Part shown: one piece after another, positions 12,894-25,149 of the stretch | How the letters are laid out: each line of letters starts with the position of its first letter | Position numbering within the stretch: position 1 is the first letter of the stretch | Origin: Oikopleura dioica | Lineage: Eukaryota; Animalia; Chordata | Assembly (NCBI GenBank): GCA_907165135.1 | Contig: OU015567.1 | Span: 11,408,001 to 11,472,000, forward strand | Length of the DNA stretch: 64,000 nt | Direction: 5' to 3' | Notes under the pieces: generated by a model | Database searches by the model: none | What the model saw: the letters and a program-made list of their open reading frames with translations, nothing else | What the model was told of the DNA's origin: nothing | Made by a program: the position numbers and the translations under genes

Positions 12894-15123
12894 GGAAGAA
12901 ATGTTGTTTTCGCTTTTTGCACTACATTTCGTTCCTTGAAAGTTCCGCTCCCCTATCGATATGAAAACGAATATCTGGAAGGTTCCATAGCGTAAATACG
13001 CCTTCACCGTAAAGACAGAAGTATGCGCAGCGTCGATTGGTCAGCTCAGTAAAGGAAACTTTACAACAAAACCAGGGTCACGCGGTTCCGAATTCTAGGG
13101 TCCCGGTTCCATGGTAAAGTTCACTGCTCCGAGCTTGCATTTATACTGGCAAACTTCTGCAAACTCTGGTTGAATAGGCGGGTACAATCAGCCAGAAGCC
13201 TAATCATGAAGCCCTGAATGTACCTACGGTTAGCTGTGGTTTCAAGAGGGGAGGAATCAATCGAATTAGCACAACAAAGACACTCTGGTCTAGAAAGCTT
13301 CAACTTCAAAATATTCTCGAAAATATACGGTATTATCTAACCATCCATGGCATAAACATTTGTCTCTTTACACTGATTATGAACATCATAAGGAGTGACA
13401 TATCTGTAAGCTTATTAGGTGGCTTCCCGTATTCATTATAGGTATTACCTGTCGAAATCTCTGAGGTTCTCTCTTCATATTATGATAAAAATGAAAAATT
13501 AGGTCCGTGCCCCTATATCGTTTTTTCGATACTGAAGTGATTGATCGGCAGATTCAGAGACCATGACCTCGGCGGGGGGATTAAGTGGGTCAGCCGGCGG
13601 CCGATCGCGCTGATTTTCTGGGTCACCTTCACGGTTGGAGACCATAAATTTCACACGCGAGAGGCGGGGGATGAAGGGGCCGCGCGATCCGGGTCAGCCG
13701 ACGGGCGACCGTAAACCCGTTCCGTATGCGCCTGAGCGTGACGGGAAATTTCACGCTCACGGGGAGAAATCTCCCAGTGTGAAACAATTGACACAGATTT
13801 CAGAGGACTCGAAAACATTTTCCATCCTTTGGAATAATACCCGTACTCAAAATCAGGCTTAGAATCCCAATTTCAAAGCTTCTATAAGCGGAAGACCTGG
13901 AATAGATGAACTTTGATTTGTGCGCATCACACGAATTCACCCAAAACAAAAGAGTGCTCCCCTTATCGCTCGAAAACCTCGGAACCCATTATTTTGAAAA
14001 TACCATCTTCACTCGCTCATATCGCGTGAGAGGTTTTTTTTTTGTAAAATTCAACCCTTCTTCCTCGTTAGATGAGCGCGCCAAAATTCGTTTTGATGTT
14101 TGCGGAATGGGGGTTTACGAGTTTATTGGGTACACATGGTGGTTTTTATGGCCCCTTGGGTACTGGCATTTTATGATCTATCGAAAGGGTTGGGGTTTTC
14201 TCTTTCAACTCTTACTAGAAGAAGGTCTTGAATTATCAAAATCTCTGTGTATAGAAATGAATACATTTACGAATAAACCACGAGGGTAACTAAGGCTTCA
14301 ACTTGTTGAAAATACATAAGGTTACCAGTGCTTCATAATCATTCTACTCTTCCCAAATTTTCAATCTCTAGCTCAAAAACAATCAATGTTATCCCAAGTC
14401 TCTCTACTCTGAAGTTTTCATAGAACCAATATCATAGAATAAAGTGGTTGTAAAATCATTTAATAATTGCTTGATTGAATTGACGATTTGAAAAAGGTTA
14501 TCTCCCAGCTCTTGCGTCTGTCTTACCGCCATTTCGAGTTTGAGAGTTGTTTTTTAATCCCATGCAAACTCATCGTTTTGACATCTTCATTAGCGTATGA
14601 TACTCGTACCTCTTTATAAGCAAAATTCAATCGACTGACTCCAAAATTTTAGGCGTCTGGATTCTATTACTCTGACTTACTTACTCTTAGTAATAGATAG
14701 TCCCATCTCTCAGTCTCTAGTTTTTTCGATTGTTGATTGGAGTTTGTGGCGCCGCGGACACTTTCCACAAAATTTTAATTTTCAAACAGTGCGCCAGCGA
14801 CCTTGCGGGCGACAGTGCGTGCGTAGCCAATCAGAGAGCGACTTAGGGCGCAAAGAGTGCGCGGAAAGTCGTTGGCGCTGTGCCAGCGAGGGGACAGCGG
14901 ACGAGCAACACGAGGGATCGATTTTTCAAGCGGCTAATGGGCACTTATTCCTTCCGATTTTGCTGGAATTGTCAGAACGAACCGGGAACTATTCGGATTA
15001 GATTCATTGGAAAATCTGGGATGAAACGAAATATTGCTTGCAAACACTTTTAACATACTAAGACGTAATACTAACTCCGATTGCTTCCAAATTCTAATTC
15101 ATCAATTTTATTAATACAGTTAA

Positions 15124-15660
15124 CCGCATGGGACAGATCGGGGATAGAGGCGCTCGGACAGAAGGTGTATTCCACTGCACTTAAGAAAACTACTGGTCGG
15201 ATAAACTTGAAAATTATACCCAATACTAATTTTGGGGTGCAGATTTCAAATCCGCTATCAAAATTTGCATAGCGCTTTTCCTTATTGCAGAAAAAATGCC
15301 ATTTATCTCAGGGGGATTTCAAAAATTATCTCTTATTTAGATTTTTCGAAAAAGTAAATTCAATATTTTATATATTAAATCAGCGATATCGAAAACATAT
15401 AAAACCCCTTTTAGTAGACAAAATTCTTGATATTGGTTCGGTTTCAATGTGCAAACACTCAGCGGGAGGGCAATTAGGCCGCATATAATCCGGTGCAGAG
15501 GGCGGTTGGTAACCGATAATTCCTTGAAACTTATCAGACCTGCTCCAATTATATGAAGGAACAACCATTTTAATTTTTATCTTATTTGGTTTATTCGTTC
15601 GGAAGTTATTTAGCTGAAAAGTCCTTAAGTGCAGTGGAATACACCTTCTGTCCCATGCGG
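15124..15660. mobile_element. Non-autonomous MITE, piggyBac-like (TTAA target, CC..GG termini)
   Basis: TTAA at 15120-15123 and 15661-15664. TIR CCGCATGGGACAGA-AGGTGTATTCCACTGCACTTAAG at the left end, with its reverse complement at 15624-15660. No transposase. Confidence 0.85.
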
Positions 15661-15904
15661 TTAATTACAGGTAGAAGAGAGGTAGAAAATCATGAACTTT
15701 CTGAGAGACTAGAAAATAGAGATAATAATAGGTGAACATTGAAAACATTTTAGTGCCGTTGAAGTCAAATTGAAATCAACAAGGAACCACAACCAAGTTG
15801 GATAATTAGCTACGGGAATATCTTTAAAGACAAATACTGAGATAATTAATTAAATAACTTTCTGCTGCTATTAGTTTGCAATAAAAAAATAATGAAAGGC
15901 TGAC

Positions 15905-18123
15905 TTAGGAGATTTTTGGAGGCATAGAGAACTGCTTCGTTTTCTTCCGGTAGAGCTTGTACTCTTCTTCTTTATCCTTGTGCATCATCGGGCAGTAAGT
16001 TCCACACGTATGCTCAGGATGATTTTCGAAGAACGCCTGAAATATACGGTAAGGCAAGAAAGGAGAAATGGTGTCACAATGGGACTGAAATTGACGTAAA
16101 TCCGTCAAGGATTCTATGTCAGAGGTGTTTGTCAGAAAATGCGGCGTTCATACTCGATCTCCCGAAAATAGAACGTCTCCGCCGGTGAGACGGAGCTAAA
16201 TCTTCTCAATTATTCACGATCTGATGATCGGATAATAACTCAAGAAGCCACTTTAAAATTGAATAATGGCTAGAAGACGTTACCTTGTACCCGCTCTTTA
16301 GCAGATAGAGCTGAGAAAAGTCGAGCTTCGGATATTCATTTTGAAGGCGGTCAAAATTTCGCAGAGTTCGGAGCATCTTCGGACCTCGTTCTGAGCTGAA
16401 CTCGCTGAAATAATGTTTGATAATTTTTTGAATATAATTTTGTGTGTTTGTCGATGAACTTAGATTTTCGCTTACCAATGAAAAATGACGATGCTAGGCT
16501 TGTCCTCCATGAGCTTGCCGTCGGGGTAAAAATGCTCTATGACCATGTCCTCTTTGAACAGATTGAGCGCGCCCTTGATCTTGCCGCCCTCGAATTCGTA
16601 CGGGTAGCGTGCGTCCACAACCACGAAGGATCCTCCTGTGATGCGGCTTCCGGTCAATAGTTCCGACATTGTTTGCCCGGAGATGTAGTTCAAATCCTGG
16701 TGCTTGGACGTGCCTTCGGTGGGCAATGCCAACGGTTCTTTGAAGTCTTGTAATATTTTAAATTAAATATGTGAGTGAAATTATTGTTTACCGAAATATT
16801 CAGAGCTGAAAAACTCCTTGTCCGATGGCAAGTTATGATCCCGAACCGAGTTCGATCTGACCAACGGCCTTGTCCGTGGAGAATTGAGACTCATCGACCT
16901 TCCAAATCGTTTTGAACTCACTGGCGAGACGACGAACGAGTCTGAGAGCCGTTTCTTCGGCTTTCGGATGATATCTCCGCTTGACAAACTGTTGAAGGGG
17001 TCGCTATCTTCTGGGATAGAAACGAGCGAGTCGGATTTCAGTCCGTTATTTTCTTTGTTCTCAATATCGGATAAGGATAAATCCTTCCATGGCTGCCTGG
17101 ATCCGCTTGAAAGGCGACTTGATATCGGCGGAGAGAGCACCTAAGCAGAGTTTGATCAAACGTAATCAAGTTAATGTTTGAGCTTTGCGGATTTGCGAAA
17201 GCAATAAATAAAAAAATTGATGTTTTGAAAATAATTTACTGCTGAGACTTTCCTTCATTTTTGTATATTCAGCGGATCAATAAAACACTATTAATTCAAC
17301 CATTATGATCAAATAAAAACCTGTTTTGGCGACGAGCTAGAGGGACGAAGGCTGACGGAGCGTGATTTTAGCTCTGGCGTGGACTTTAGTCGTTTACGTG
17401 GCTGGGTGATTGAATACGGATCGTGGTCGGGAGAATTGGATTTTGAGGCGGGTGACGACTTCAAAGGACGCTTTGGTTTTCGACAAGGGATGAAGAAGTC
17501 TGTCATTAGCGGCTGGGATCTGTGAAGACGAATTGGACTCAGAGTTTCTGGCCCTGATAGAAAAATTGCATTAGTGATCGTTTATTAGACCATGATTTAA
17601 CATGAGCAATAAGAAAAAGCTGTAGGCTTAGCTGAAACGTACGTAGTAATACTATTCGTTATTTATTCCACTCACCAATATCGGCGCCTAGTCGTGGCAC
17701 TTCAATTGCTTCCGATAATTTTGACGAGCTCGGCGAACTGGTGAGACGGGCGGTAATGGGCTGATCGTTTAGAGCATGGTTCGCTGATAAATCCAAGTCA
17801 GTTACTAAATTATTTATTTTCTCCAGAATTGAATATTACCCGGAGGGTTAATTTTGCGGTTAAAGATGATTCTCTTTGTTTTTAACGAAGATTATAGCGC
17901 TCGCGCGTAATAACTCTATTTAAACATCGCGCGCGGCTTGGCAACGACCTCTGACTAGTCAGAATATTTGCTCCGCTTTTGAATACCCCCGTGCGCGCGC
18001 AGCGGCATGGGAACAAAGGAAGAAAGAAGAGCTGAAGGGTGTTTTACCTGAGGACGAGGAGGTATCCATCGACGAGTCGGACAAATTAGACAGTTGAAGG
18101 CGCCTGCGGATGGGTGTCGTCAT
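15905..18123 (-). CDS. CDC25: M-phase inducer phosphatase Cdc25
   Basis: Rhodanese domain VVDARYPYEFEGGKIKGALNL. Catalytic HCEFSSERGP is reconstituted across an intron (cat tg|gtaag...ttcag|c gag ttc). Also EYPKL..LYLLKSGYK and YCPMMHKD; S/P-rich N-terminus starting MTTPIRRRL. Confidence 0.95.
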
Positions 18124-18727
18124 TTTCTATCTAAAGTGTTGTGGGTAAGCTCATCTGGTAGAAGGTTTATAAGTTTGCCCTAAAGGGGATGTTTTTAAAG
18201 ATAAAAGTCCACCAAGTGTTGTAAGCCTGCTAATCACGAGTCCCGAAGTTCGAAAAGTCTATTTTTACTAGGGCTAAATTTTCGCTGCGAAGTCACGTCT
18301 CTTACCTCAAAAGGTATGAAAACGAAGTCTAAACAAGAGATGCGAGCATGTTTCCGTGTTATCAGTGGTAACAAACACAAGGAACGAACTTTGCGATTGA
18401 ACTTTAGACTAATCAGTTTTGACTACGTTGAGTCCCAAGACCAACTAATTCATGTGACTACACATTTCACCACTGCTCAGAGAAATTTATAAAGAGATCA
18501 TTTTTGAGCAATCCAAGGTACTTATAAAACACTTATTTATATCGGGCAATAGAGAAAGCCGACTCACCGAGGATAAATAAATTCACTTTACCGCCCGTCA
18601 GCGGATCCTTGATCTAAAAGGCTACTGTCTGCTAGCCAGAAGTTATCGCGCTCAAGATAGTGGCAAAAATGCCAGCGGCTTAGCATGAACCAAGATATTT
18701 TTCGTTTATAGTTTTCAACTAAAAGAG

Positions 18728-19848
18728 ATGGAATACAGAAGAATGGACGTGGAGAGCAATGCCAGTGCTCAAGAATTTCGATCGTTAGCTGTGAAATCGA
18801 CACTCAGTCGGTGGAAAGAAAGTGAAAGAATGGACACCTTAGAGAAACTGATCTTTCTATGCGTCCTTGCTCTTGGTAAGGATCACCGGATAAATTTGAT
18901 AGAGATATTGGCTTTAGGCATTCTTGGGATGATGGCATATCTTTTGAAGGAAGAGAAATTTGAAGCAGAAAAAACCAAAGAACTCCATAGAGATTTGACA
19001 TACAAAGGAACGAGTTTTTCTTTTTACTTAAGTTTTAAATAAGAACTTCTTATCCCTTTTAATGTACTATTTTTCAGTTCAAAAACATAAGCCTAAATTA
19101 ATGTCAAAAGAGAACATGGCGATAAGAGTGAAGACGACGCCTTATCATAAGCGGGCTTATCTTTTTATTCTTGCGTTCTGAGGTTGACCATGGTCCTCTG
19201 TCTCAAAGACAGTGTCCCCCGAATGAACTCAGTGAAAGAAATGCAAAATTTTGAGAAGCTTTTCAACCAAGATGGAGCTACGTACAACATTTCCGAAAAG
19301 TGCTCTTGCGAATCACAGCCAGAGAAGAACGTCCAGCCCCGCTACCATGTGTAAGTTCGACAATGATCAATTTGGGCAACAATCGAAAATGCAAATTTTA
19401 GACATATTGATCTTGGCAAATGCGCGAGCAACAGGACGCTGATAGCTGTCGATAAGTTAATGAGTTTGAAAGGATTAGCTTTTTTACGAAACTTAAATTT
19501 TATCCACTCACTTTAAACCCGGATAAAGGAAGAATTATGCGATTGCTCCTGTCAGCCAACGAAAGTTGTTGGCGTTATCACATCTCCAGGTATATTTTTG
19601 CTACAAGGAAGACACTAAGCCTTAGTGACTAAGGAATATCTCAAATAATTATCTCTAATTGTAATACTCAAAGACCTTCTTAAACAAAATAATTTGAGCA
19701 TTGGCTCTTAGACAGCAGTTGATACTACTATACTTATATGATTATTTACGCTTGAGGAATAAAACTAATCTTAGGAGAGACTCAACCAGCACAACTCGTT
19801 CCTGTTGTAGAAGAATGTGGATGTGTAATTCAGAAAAAGGTTTTATAA
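18728..19848 (+). CDS. Type II membrane protein with C-terminal cystine-knot-like domain
   Basis: One TM (LIFLCVLAL|GILGMMAYLL), then exons ..ISEKCSCESQP..|HIDLGKCAS..|EELCDCSCQPTKVVGV..|..LVPVVEECGCVIQKKVL*. Confidence 0.6.
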
Positions 19849-20677
19849 GATAAAACGACGCTACCCTTATCATTTTCTGTGCAAAAGCATTACCTCCCAG
19901 TTCCAGTTCCAATTCTTCCTTTTGATTGCCTCCTCTTCTTCTTGCTCGACTGTAAAAACGCTCTAAGTATCCATGTTCTTATGCTTCTTTCAATCCCCCA
20001 ATAAAGGAAAACTCCCAGAAAAATGACTGATATTATATGATGCGAGTTTTAAGGATTGCGCGCTGGGGTCGATTTCAAAAAATGCGCGCTTCCGTGGGCG
20101 GCGCTCGCTCCCAGAGGCAAATGGGCGCTGAGCCAGCAAACTAAATGCCTGTCTGCGCAGCACTCATTCGACACTCACTCAGATCCCAAAGTGAGCTGGA
20201 ATGTAATCGTCAAACAAAAGCTCTCAAGCTTTGAGGATCGAACCAGACTCCCGGTTGGGGCTTTTTTCAAATTTTTTTACCCCGGAAGATTTTCACTTTG
20301 TCAAAATCACAGTCTGTCTATTCGACAATTGTGATAACTTTATTGTTAACTTTATTGACTATAGTTAGTGTCGTCTGCTAGTTAACCGGAATTGTTGGTC
20401 AATTTATTACAATATCAAGTTCAAATGAAAGTTACCTAGAGAGAAGCTTTCGTAAAGAAAGTCTAAAGTTTATTCCAAAAATAGTTTGGGTCGGAAAAGA
20501 ACACACTCATGATCGGGTCATCATTTAACCGATGATCGTTTTAAATAACTCGGATGAATCGGCGAAACTAATTAAAGCCACATTTCAGACTCGAGGTAGA
20601 AACCTGTGACCTCGATTTTACCCGGAAAAATAAAGTCTGGCACATATTACAACGGCGGTAGAGAGCTTCAAATTGTC

Positions 20678-20683
20678 TATAAA
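20678..20683 (+). promoter_or_regulatory. TATA box of the small secreted peptide gene
   Basis: TATAAA about 50 nt upstream of ATG 20729; AATAAA at 21026-21031 downstream of the stop. Confidence 0.5.
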
Positions 20684-20728
20684 TGCGAACCGGTATATTT
20701 AAAAGTTAAAAAAATCTAAGTAAAGAAA

Positions 20729-20932
20729 ATGAATATCATCAGTTTCTTCGCACTTGTCCAGCTGGCATCTTGCAGCATTTCGCTCTTTACGAACAGACTG
20801 TTCAACACTCAAATTTCAAGAAACAGACTTCGTGGTCAAGTACGACAGTCCTTCCAAGAAAGAACAACAAAACAGATTCGCAACCACTTTCGAAGAAGCC
20901 ACTACAAATGCAGAATGATGAAAAATTGTTGA
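20729..20932 (+). CDS. Small secreted, highly cationic peptide precursor (67 aa, single exon)
   Basis: Signal-like MNIISFFALVQLASC; mature region has 10 R, 3 K and 1 E; ends CRMMKNC*. TATA box, AAAATG start context and polyA signal present. Confidence 0.7.
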   Translation: MNIISFFALVQLASCSISLFTNRLFNTQISRNRLRGQVRQSFQERTTKQIRNHFRRSHYKCRMMKNC

Positions 20933-21143
20933 GCTGAAATTGACTTTCTCTCGTTCATATGGCATGCTTTCTGGGTAGTTCTATCCAGTTCCCTTCTTTA
21001 AAGTTCTACAAAAACATTTACCACGAATAAAAAACTTGAGATCTGTAATCGACATAAAAAATATGACGCTAACATTTGTTCTTTCCTTGTTTGCCGCTTA
21101 CTCGCACGATTTTCTCCAGAATAAAGTCAACTCTTATTCAAAA

Positions 21144-22621
21144 ATGAAGCTTTTGTCTACTCTTACTGCAGGATTGTGCCTCGGAAAGGGGATCAATCAG
21201 TTCTCCTGCCCGTAAGTTTGATTTTTAATGCAAAAAAATAAAGAGTGTCAAAAATTAGAGATCTGGATATTGAAGAAATTTGCAGCGCTGAATGTAGAGT
21301 CGTCTATGTCTCCTGCCGCAATGATTGCGGTGATCCTAATTGTGAAGCGCAGTGCTCGAATGATTATAATTTATGTTTGATGGACTGTCCTTGTAATGTT
21401 AATTGTCCAAATGGTTGCAGTGGATGTGACTACTATCTCTGCGAAAATTCAACGGAACGGATCTATTTAACTTTTTTTTTTTGTAAAAAGTACTTTGGTA
21501 AAATCCATGATCAAGCCTACAGCATCAACAACTACAAGCATTGACGCGGGGCCTGCTCATATTCAGGTTATCGGGGACACTTTTGGATACCCTCGCACCT
21601 CATTCATCATGGACTTGGAAGGGTTTAGAGCCGATGCATCGAGACTCCGCCAAGAGGAACCAACGGTCACTACTACATGGATTTCGCTGCACTGGCAGTT
21701 GTTGGTGGAGAATCTTATGTGTTCGGAGGAAAATCTGACGTGAGAAAGATCGCTAAGTTAGAAGGATGTAGTTTCAGTGAGCTACCGAACCGACTTCAGC
21801 GCAACTTCCAGACAGAAACTGGTTCCTTAGTCGCATTCGATCCAAAAAACAGCTCAAAAGGTATTCAAACAAAAAGAGCGCGGAGATTAATTTTAGTTTT
21901 ACTTTGTTTTTCCGATGATACCAATAATAACATGTGCGAAACATTCGACGTGGGTAGTGGAGTCAGTTCTCTAACCGTTCCGAATTCACGATACCCGCAT
22001 CGAACTGCTTGCATGGGGCAGATTGTCGGAGAGCCTGTTGCCGTTGCAGGTTATGGATACTCTACTTTTGATCGCAAAAAGATCGAGCAATTGAGAGCGA
22101 ATTCCTGGGTTACATTGGCCAATCATCCAAAGTAAAGTTTCGAACAAATAATTTACAAAGGAATATTTTCTAGGGATTTATCTGCACATTCGTGCGTGAG
22201 TCTCGAAGACGGAATTCTAACGATTGGTGGTTGGCAAGATGTTCTTGTCGATCAAGTTAAATACTCAAAGGAGATTTACTTGCTGAGGAATAATTCGTGG
22301 ACGCTTATAGGAAATTTGAAACAGGTAAGATCAGCAAGTTTAGATCTTAAAACTAAGTTCATGGTTTTAAGCCGTCTGGAGGACACTCATCGATAATGGT
22401 CGGTTCGGGCGAGATATTGAACGTTAGCGGCGTTAACACGTGAGAAAAAGAGGATAATATCCACGTCATAATAATTTTAAAGCCCGTTCAACGTTGAGAA
22501 ATTAATTTGGGATGGCAATCGGGTGACATCGACTGAAGTTCTGTTTACAAACAGCTTCTACATTTACCGACCAGTTCTCTACGAATCTGCACTCAACGCA
22601 TGTCCTGTTGTCTGCGAATAA
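21144..22621 (+). CDS. Secreted Cys-rich N-terminal domain plus kelch/galactose-oxidase-like beta-propeller protein
   Basis: MKLLSTLTAGLCLG signal; C-x3-C helical repeats ending DCPCNVNCPNGCSGC; propeller motifs YVFGG, LLCF, VAVAG, LTIGG and W..IGNL; ends [17 protein letters not shown]. Confidence 0.75.
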
Positions 22622-25149
22622 AATAGTATATTTCAGTTCATTTTCGAGTTCGGGAAAGTCTTTCATCGCCAGATTTCTAAGCTCGAATTTCTTCACTTTG
22701 CCAGTGACCGTCATTGGGAATTCGTTTGCAGCCTTGATGTACTTTGGGACTTTGTATTTTGCCAGTCCGGTCAAGGCAAAAGTCTTGATTTCTTCGTCAG
22801 TGATAGTTTCGCCGTCAATCAGTTGAATGTATGCACAGACTTCTTCGCCAAGTCGAGCAGATGGGACCCCAATTACGTAAGCATCTTTGACCTGGGAGTA
22901 ACGCTAGAAATTAATGTCGTCTTGCATGTTTACCTTCGGATGAGTCGTCAAGAAGTTCTCGATCTCAGTCGGTTGAATATTCTCGCCACCGCGGATAATC
23001 ATATCTTTTGACCTTCCCATGATTTTAAGCGTGCCATCATCCCTGACAAAGGCTTATTCTAGTGTTCTTTTGATTAGCCAAATTGGTATTACGAGGTTCA
23101 AATAAGCCCGTCTCTTACAAGTGCTAAGTCTCCAGTTTTCCAGAATCGATCTTTGGTAAACGATTCTTCGGTCTTTGCCTCATCCTTGACGTACCCTAAA
23201 GAGAAAATGTCGAATGAGACCCCAAGCTGTAAAGGTCAAGTTCTTCTCTAAAATATCATCGTACTGGGAACAAGTTTATGTCATATTCCATGGTCAGCCG
23301 ATTCGATTTACAAATACTAAATTTCGCGCTAATACACGCTGCCTATTGCCGTAAAGAGCAATCTAGATCATGTGACCTGACTCACATTATTGATTCAATA
23401 GTACCTTGAAAGACCATGTATCCTTTCGTGACTAGCTCTCCAACTTCATTTCTTGAGAGCGTGTTTTCATTTTCATCGATGATTTTTGCTTCGACGCCTG
23501 GATAAGGTTTACCGACAGTGTTGCAAACAATGTCTTCAGTGGCATCCGGAGGGGTTAGAAAAGTTCCACAGCTGTTCTCCGTCATTCCGTAGCCAACAGC
23601 CATTTGAATGCCGAGTTCTGATTCTGCGCGTCTCACGAGGCTTGGAGTGACGGGGGCGCCGCCGACAATGGCGAACTGGAGTGATGAGATGTCGTGTTCC
23701 TTTAGAAGAGGGTCGTTGATCATATCCACAAACATTGTTGGGGTGCTGAACCAAATTTGCATCCCTTCGATTTATTTAGAAAATATACCCAAGAAGGTGC
23801 GATGGCTTTCGGTCCTCTGCGGTAAGAATACTGGCTGCAGAGCTGAAGCCGGGAGCTGGGTAGTAGCTTGGAATCTTCATATGAGTTCCAACTAAGCTTC
23901 CAGCTACGAAGGAGAACACGTGATAGAGTGGCAGAACATTCAGGAATGAGGATTCACTCGTTATGTTATCTCTGCCGTATTCACAGCCTGAGATGCAATT
24001 GTTCACTTGAAATGGTTCATTCGTAAAGCTCAAGGTTATTTGAATTTTCATTCGTTAGCAATTATGAAAATAAAACTAGCAATATTTTGCGCTTATGAAC
24101 CATCCCGAGGTTGAAATGAGATAAAGCAGCTGCTTTTGGCATTCCTCAAAAATATTAATAAATAATCATTAGTACTGTTCAGACCTGTCGTCCCGGATGT
24201 AAATTGAATATTCGCCGTTGAGTACGGGTCGACTTTGACTTCCTTGAGCTTCCTCAGCGTTGATGAGTCTAATTAACGATAAAAATCACTCGTCACTTTT
24301 CTTGAGAACCTGATGACTCGCCGAAATCGTCCCATTCGATTGCAAACGGTACTGGTCCGTCATTGTTAAAGTAGAAAACAATCTTATCCAGCAGAGGAAC
24401 GTTGGAAGCGTTAAGGTTAAACTCGTCAAGGATTCACTTCGTTTCGAGTTGAAACTAAGCAGCTAACCTTTTAGTTTCACTTTAACCTAAACAACGGGAC
24501 AACACGTTCAGCGAATCACTTTCCTTATTTTTAGACTCCAGGTCTGGAATCATGTCTTTCAGGACTTGCTCGTAGTCTAGCGGACCGATGCCCCTTGGAC
24601 ACACGAGCATTCGAGCATCGACTTTATTCAGAGCATATTCAAGCTCTCTCGCAGTGTACATTGGGTTAATGTTGACCATCTTCATCCCGGCCCTGGCACA
24701 AGCCCACTTCATCACCAGCCACTCTGGCTGATTAGGTCCCTTTGGGCGATTTATTCAAAACTTAAAATTCTAGCGCTTCAAAGAGGGCAAAGTCAAAATC
24801 GCTGTCAAACCGTTGTCCAAACCGCCACAGCGTCTCCGGGCTCGAAAGGGGCTCAACTGACAAATTATGCGCAGAAGAAGGATCAGCGCAAATCATTTTC
24901 TTGTTTAGCCCGTTCCTGAAGACCCATCGCAAGAAGAGCGGAGCCGAATTGATCCGCTTTCTCGCTCATTTCGCCAAATGTGAACTCGGTTTGGAACATT
25001 TGAAAGGCTGCCATGAGTTTGTGGTCATTTTCTTCGCAGGCTCTTACCAAGAGATCGTTGATAGTCCATTCAACAGTTTGATACGGATTTCCCTTGATAT
25101 AGCTCGACGTTGCCCGAGTGAAGCTTCGAATGGGTAAATGGGTGAGCAA
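22502..25149 (-). CDS. ACSF2: Medium-chain acyl-CoA ligase (ACSF2-like, AMP-binding); start approximate
   Basis: [20 protein letters not shown]-loop, [34 protein letters not shown] and [15 protein letters not shown]. Confidence 0.9.

Noticed and set aside
13635-14289. ORFs of 75 and 127 aa as a transposase
   Set aside because: No DDE, RT or zinc-finger motifs; composition looks non-coding.
14787-14882. Imperfect inverted repeat around a CCAAT box
   Set aside because: Arms are short and mismatched, with no TSD and no adjacent gene start identified.
17890-18005. CGCG-rich E2F-like sites in cdc25 intron 1
   Set aside because: Plausible for a cell-cycle gene, but no full TTTSSCGC consensus; cannot be supported.
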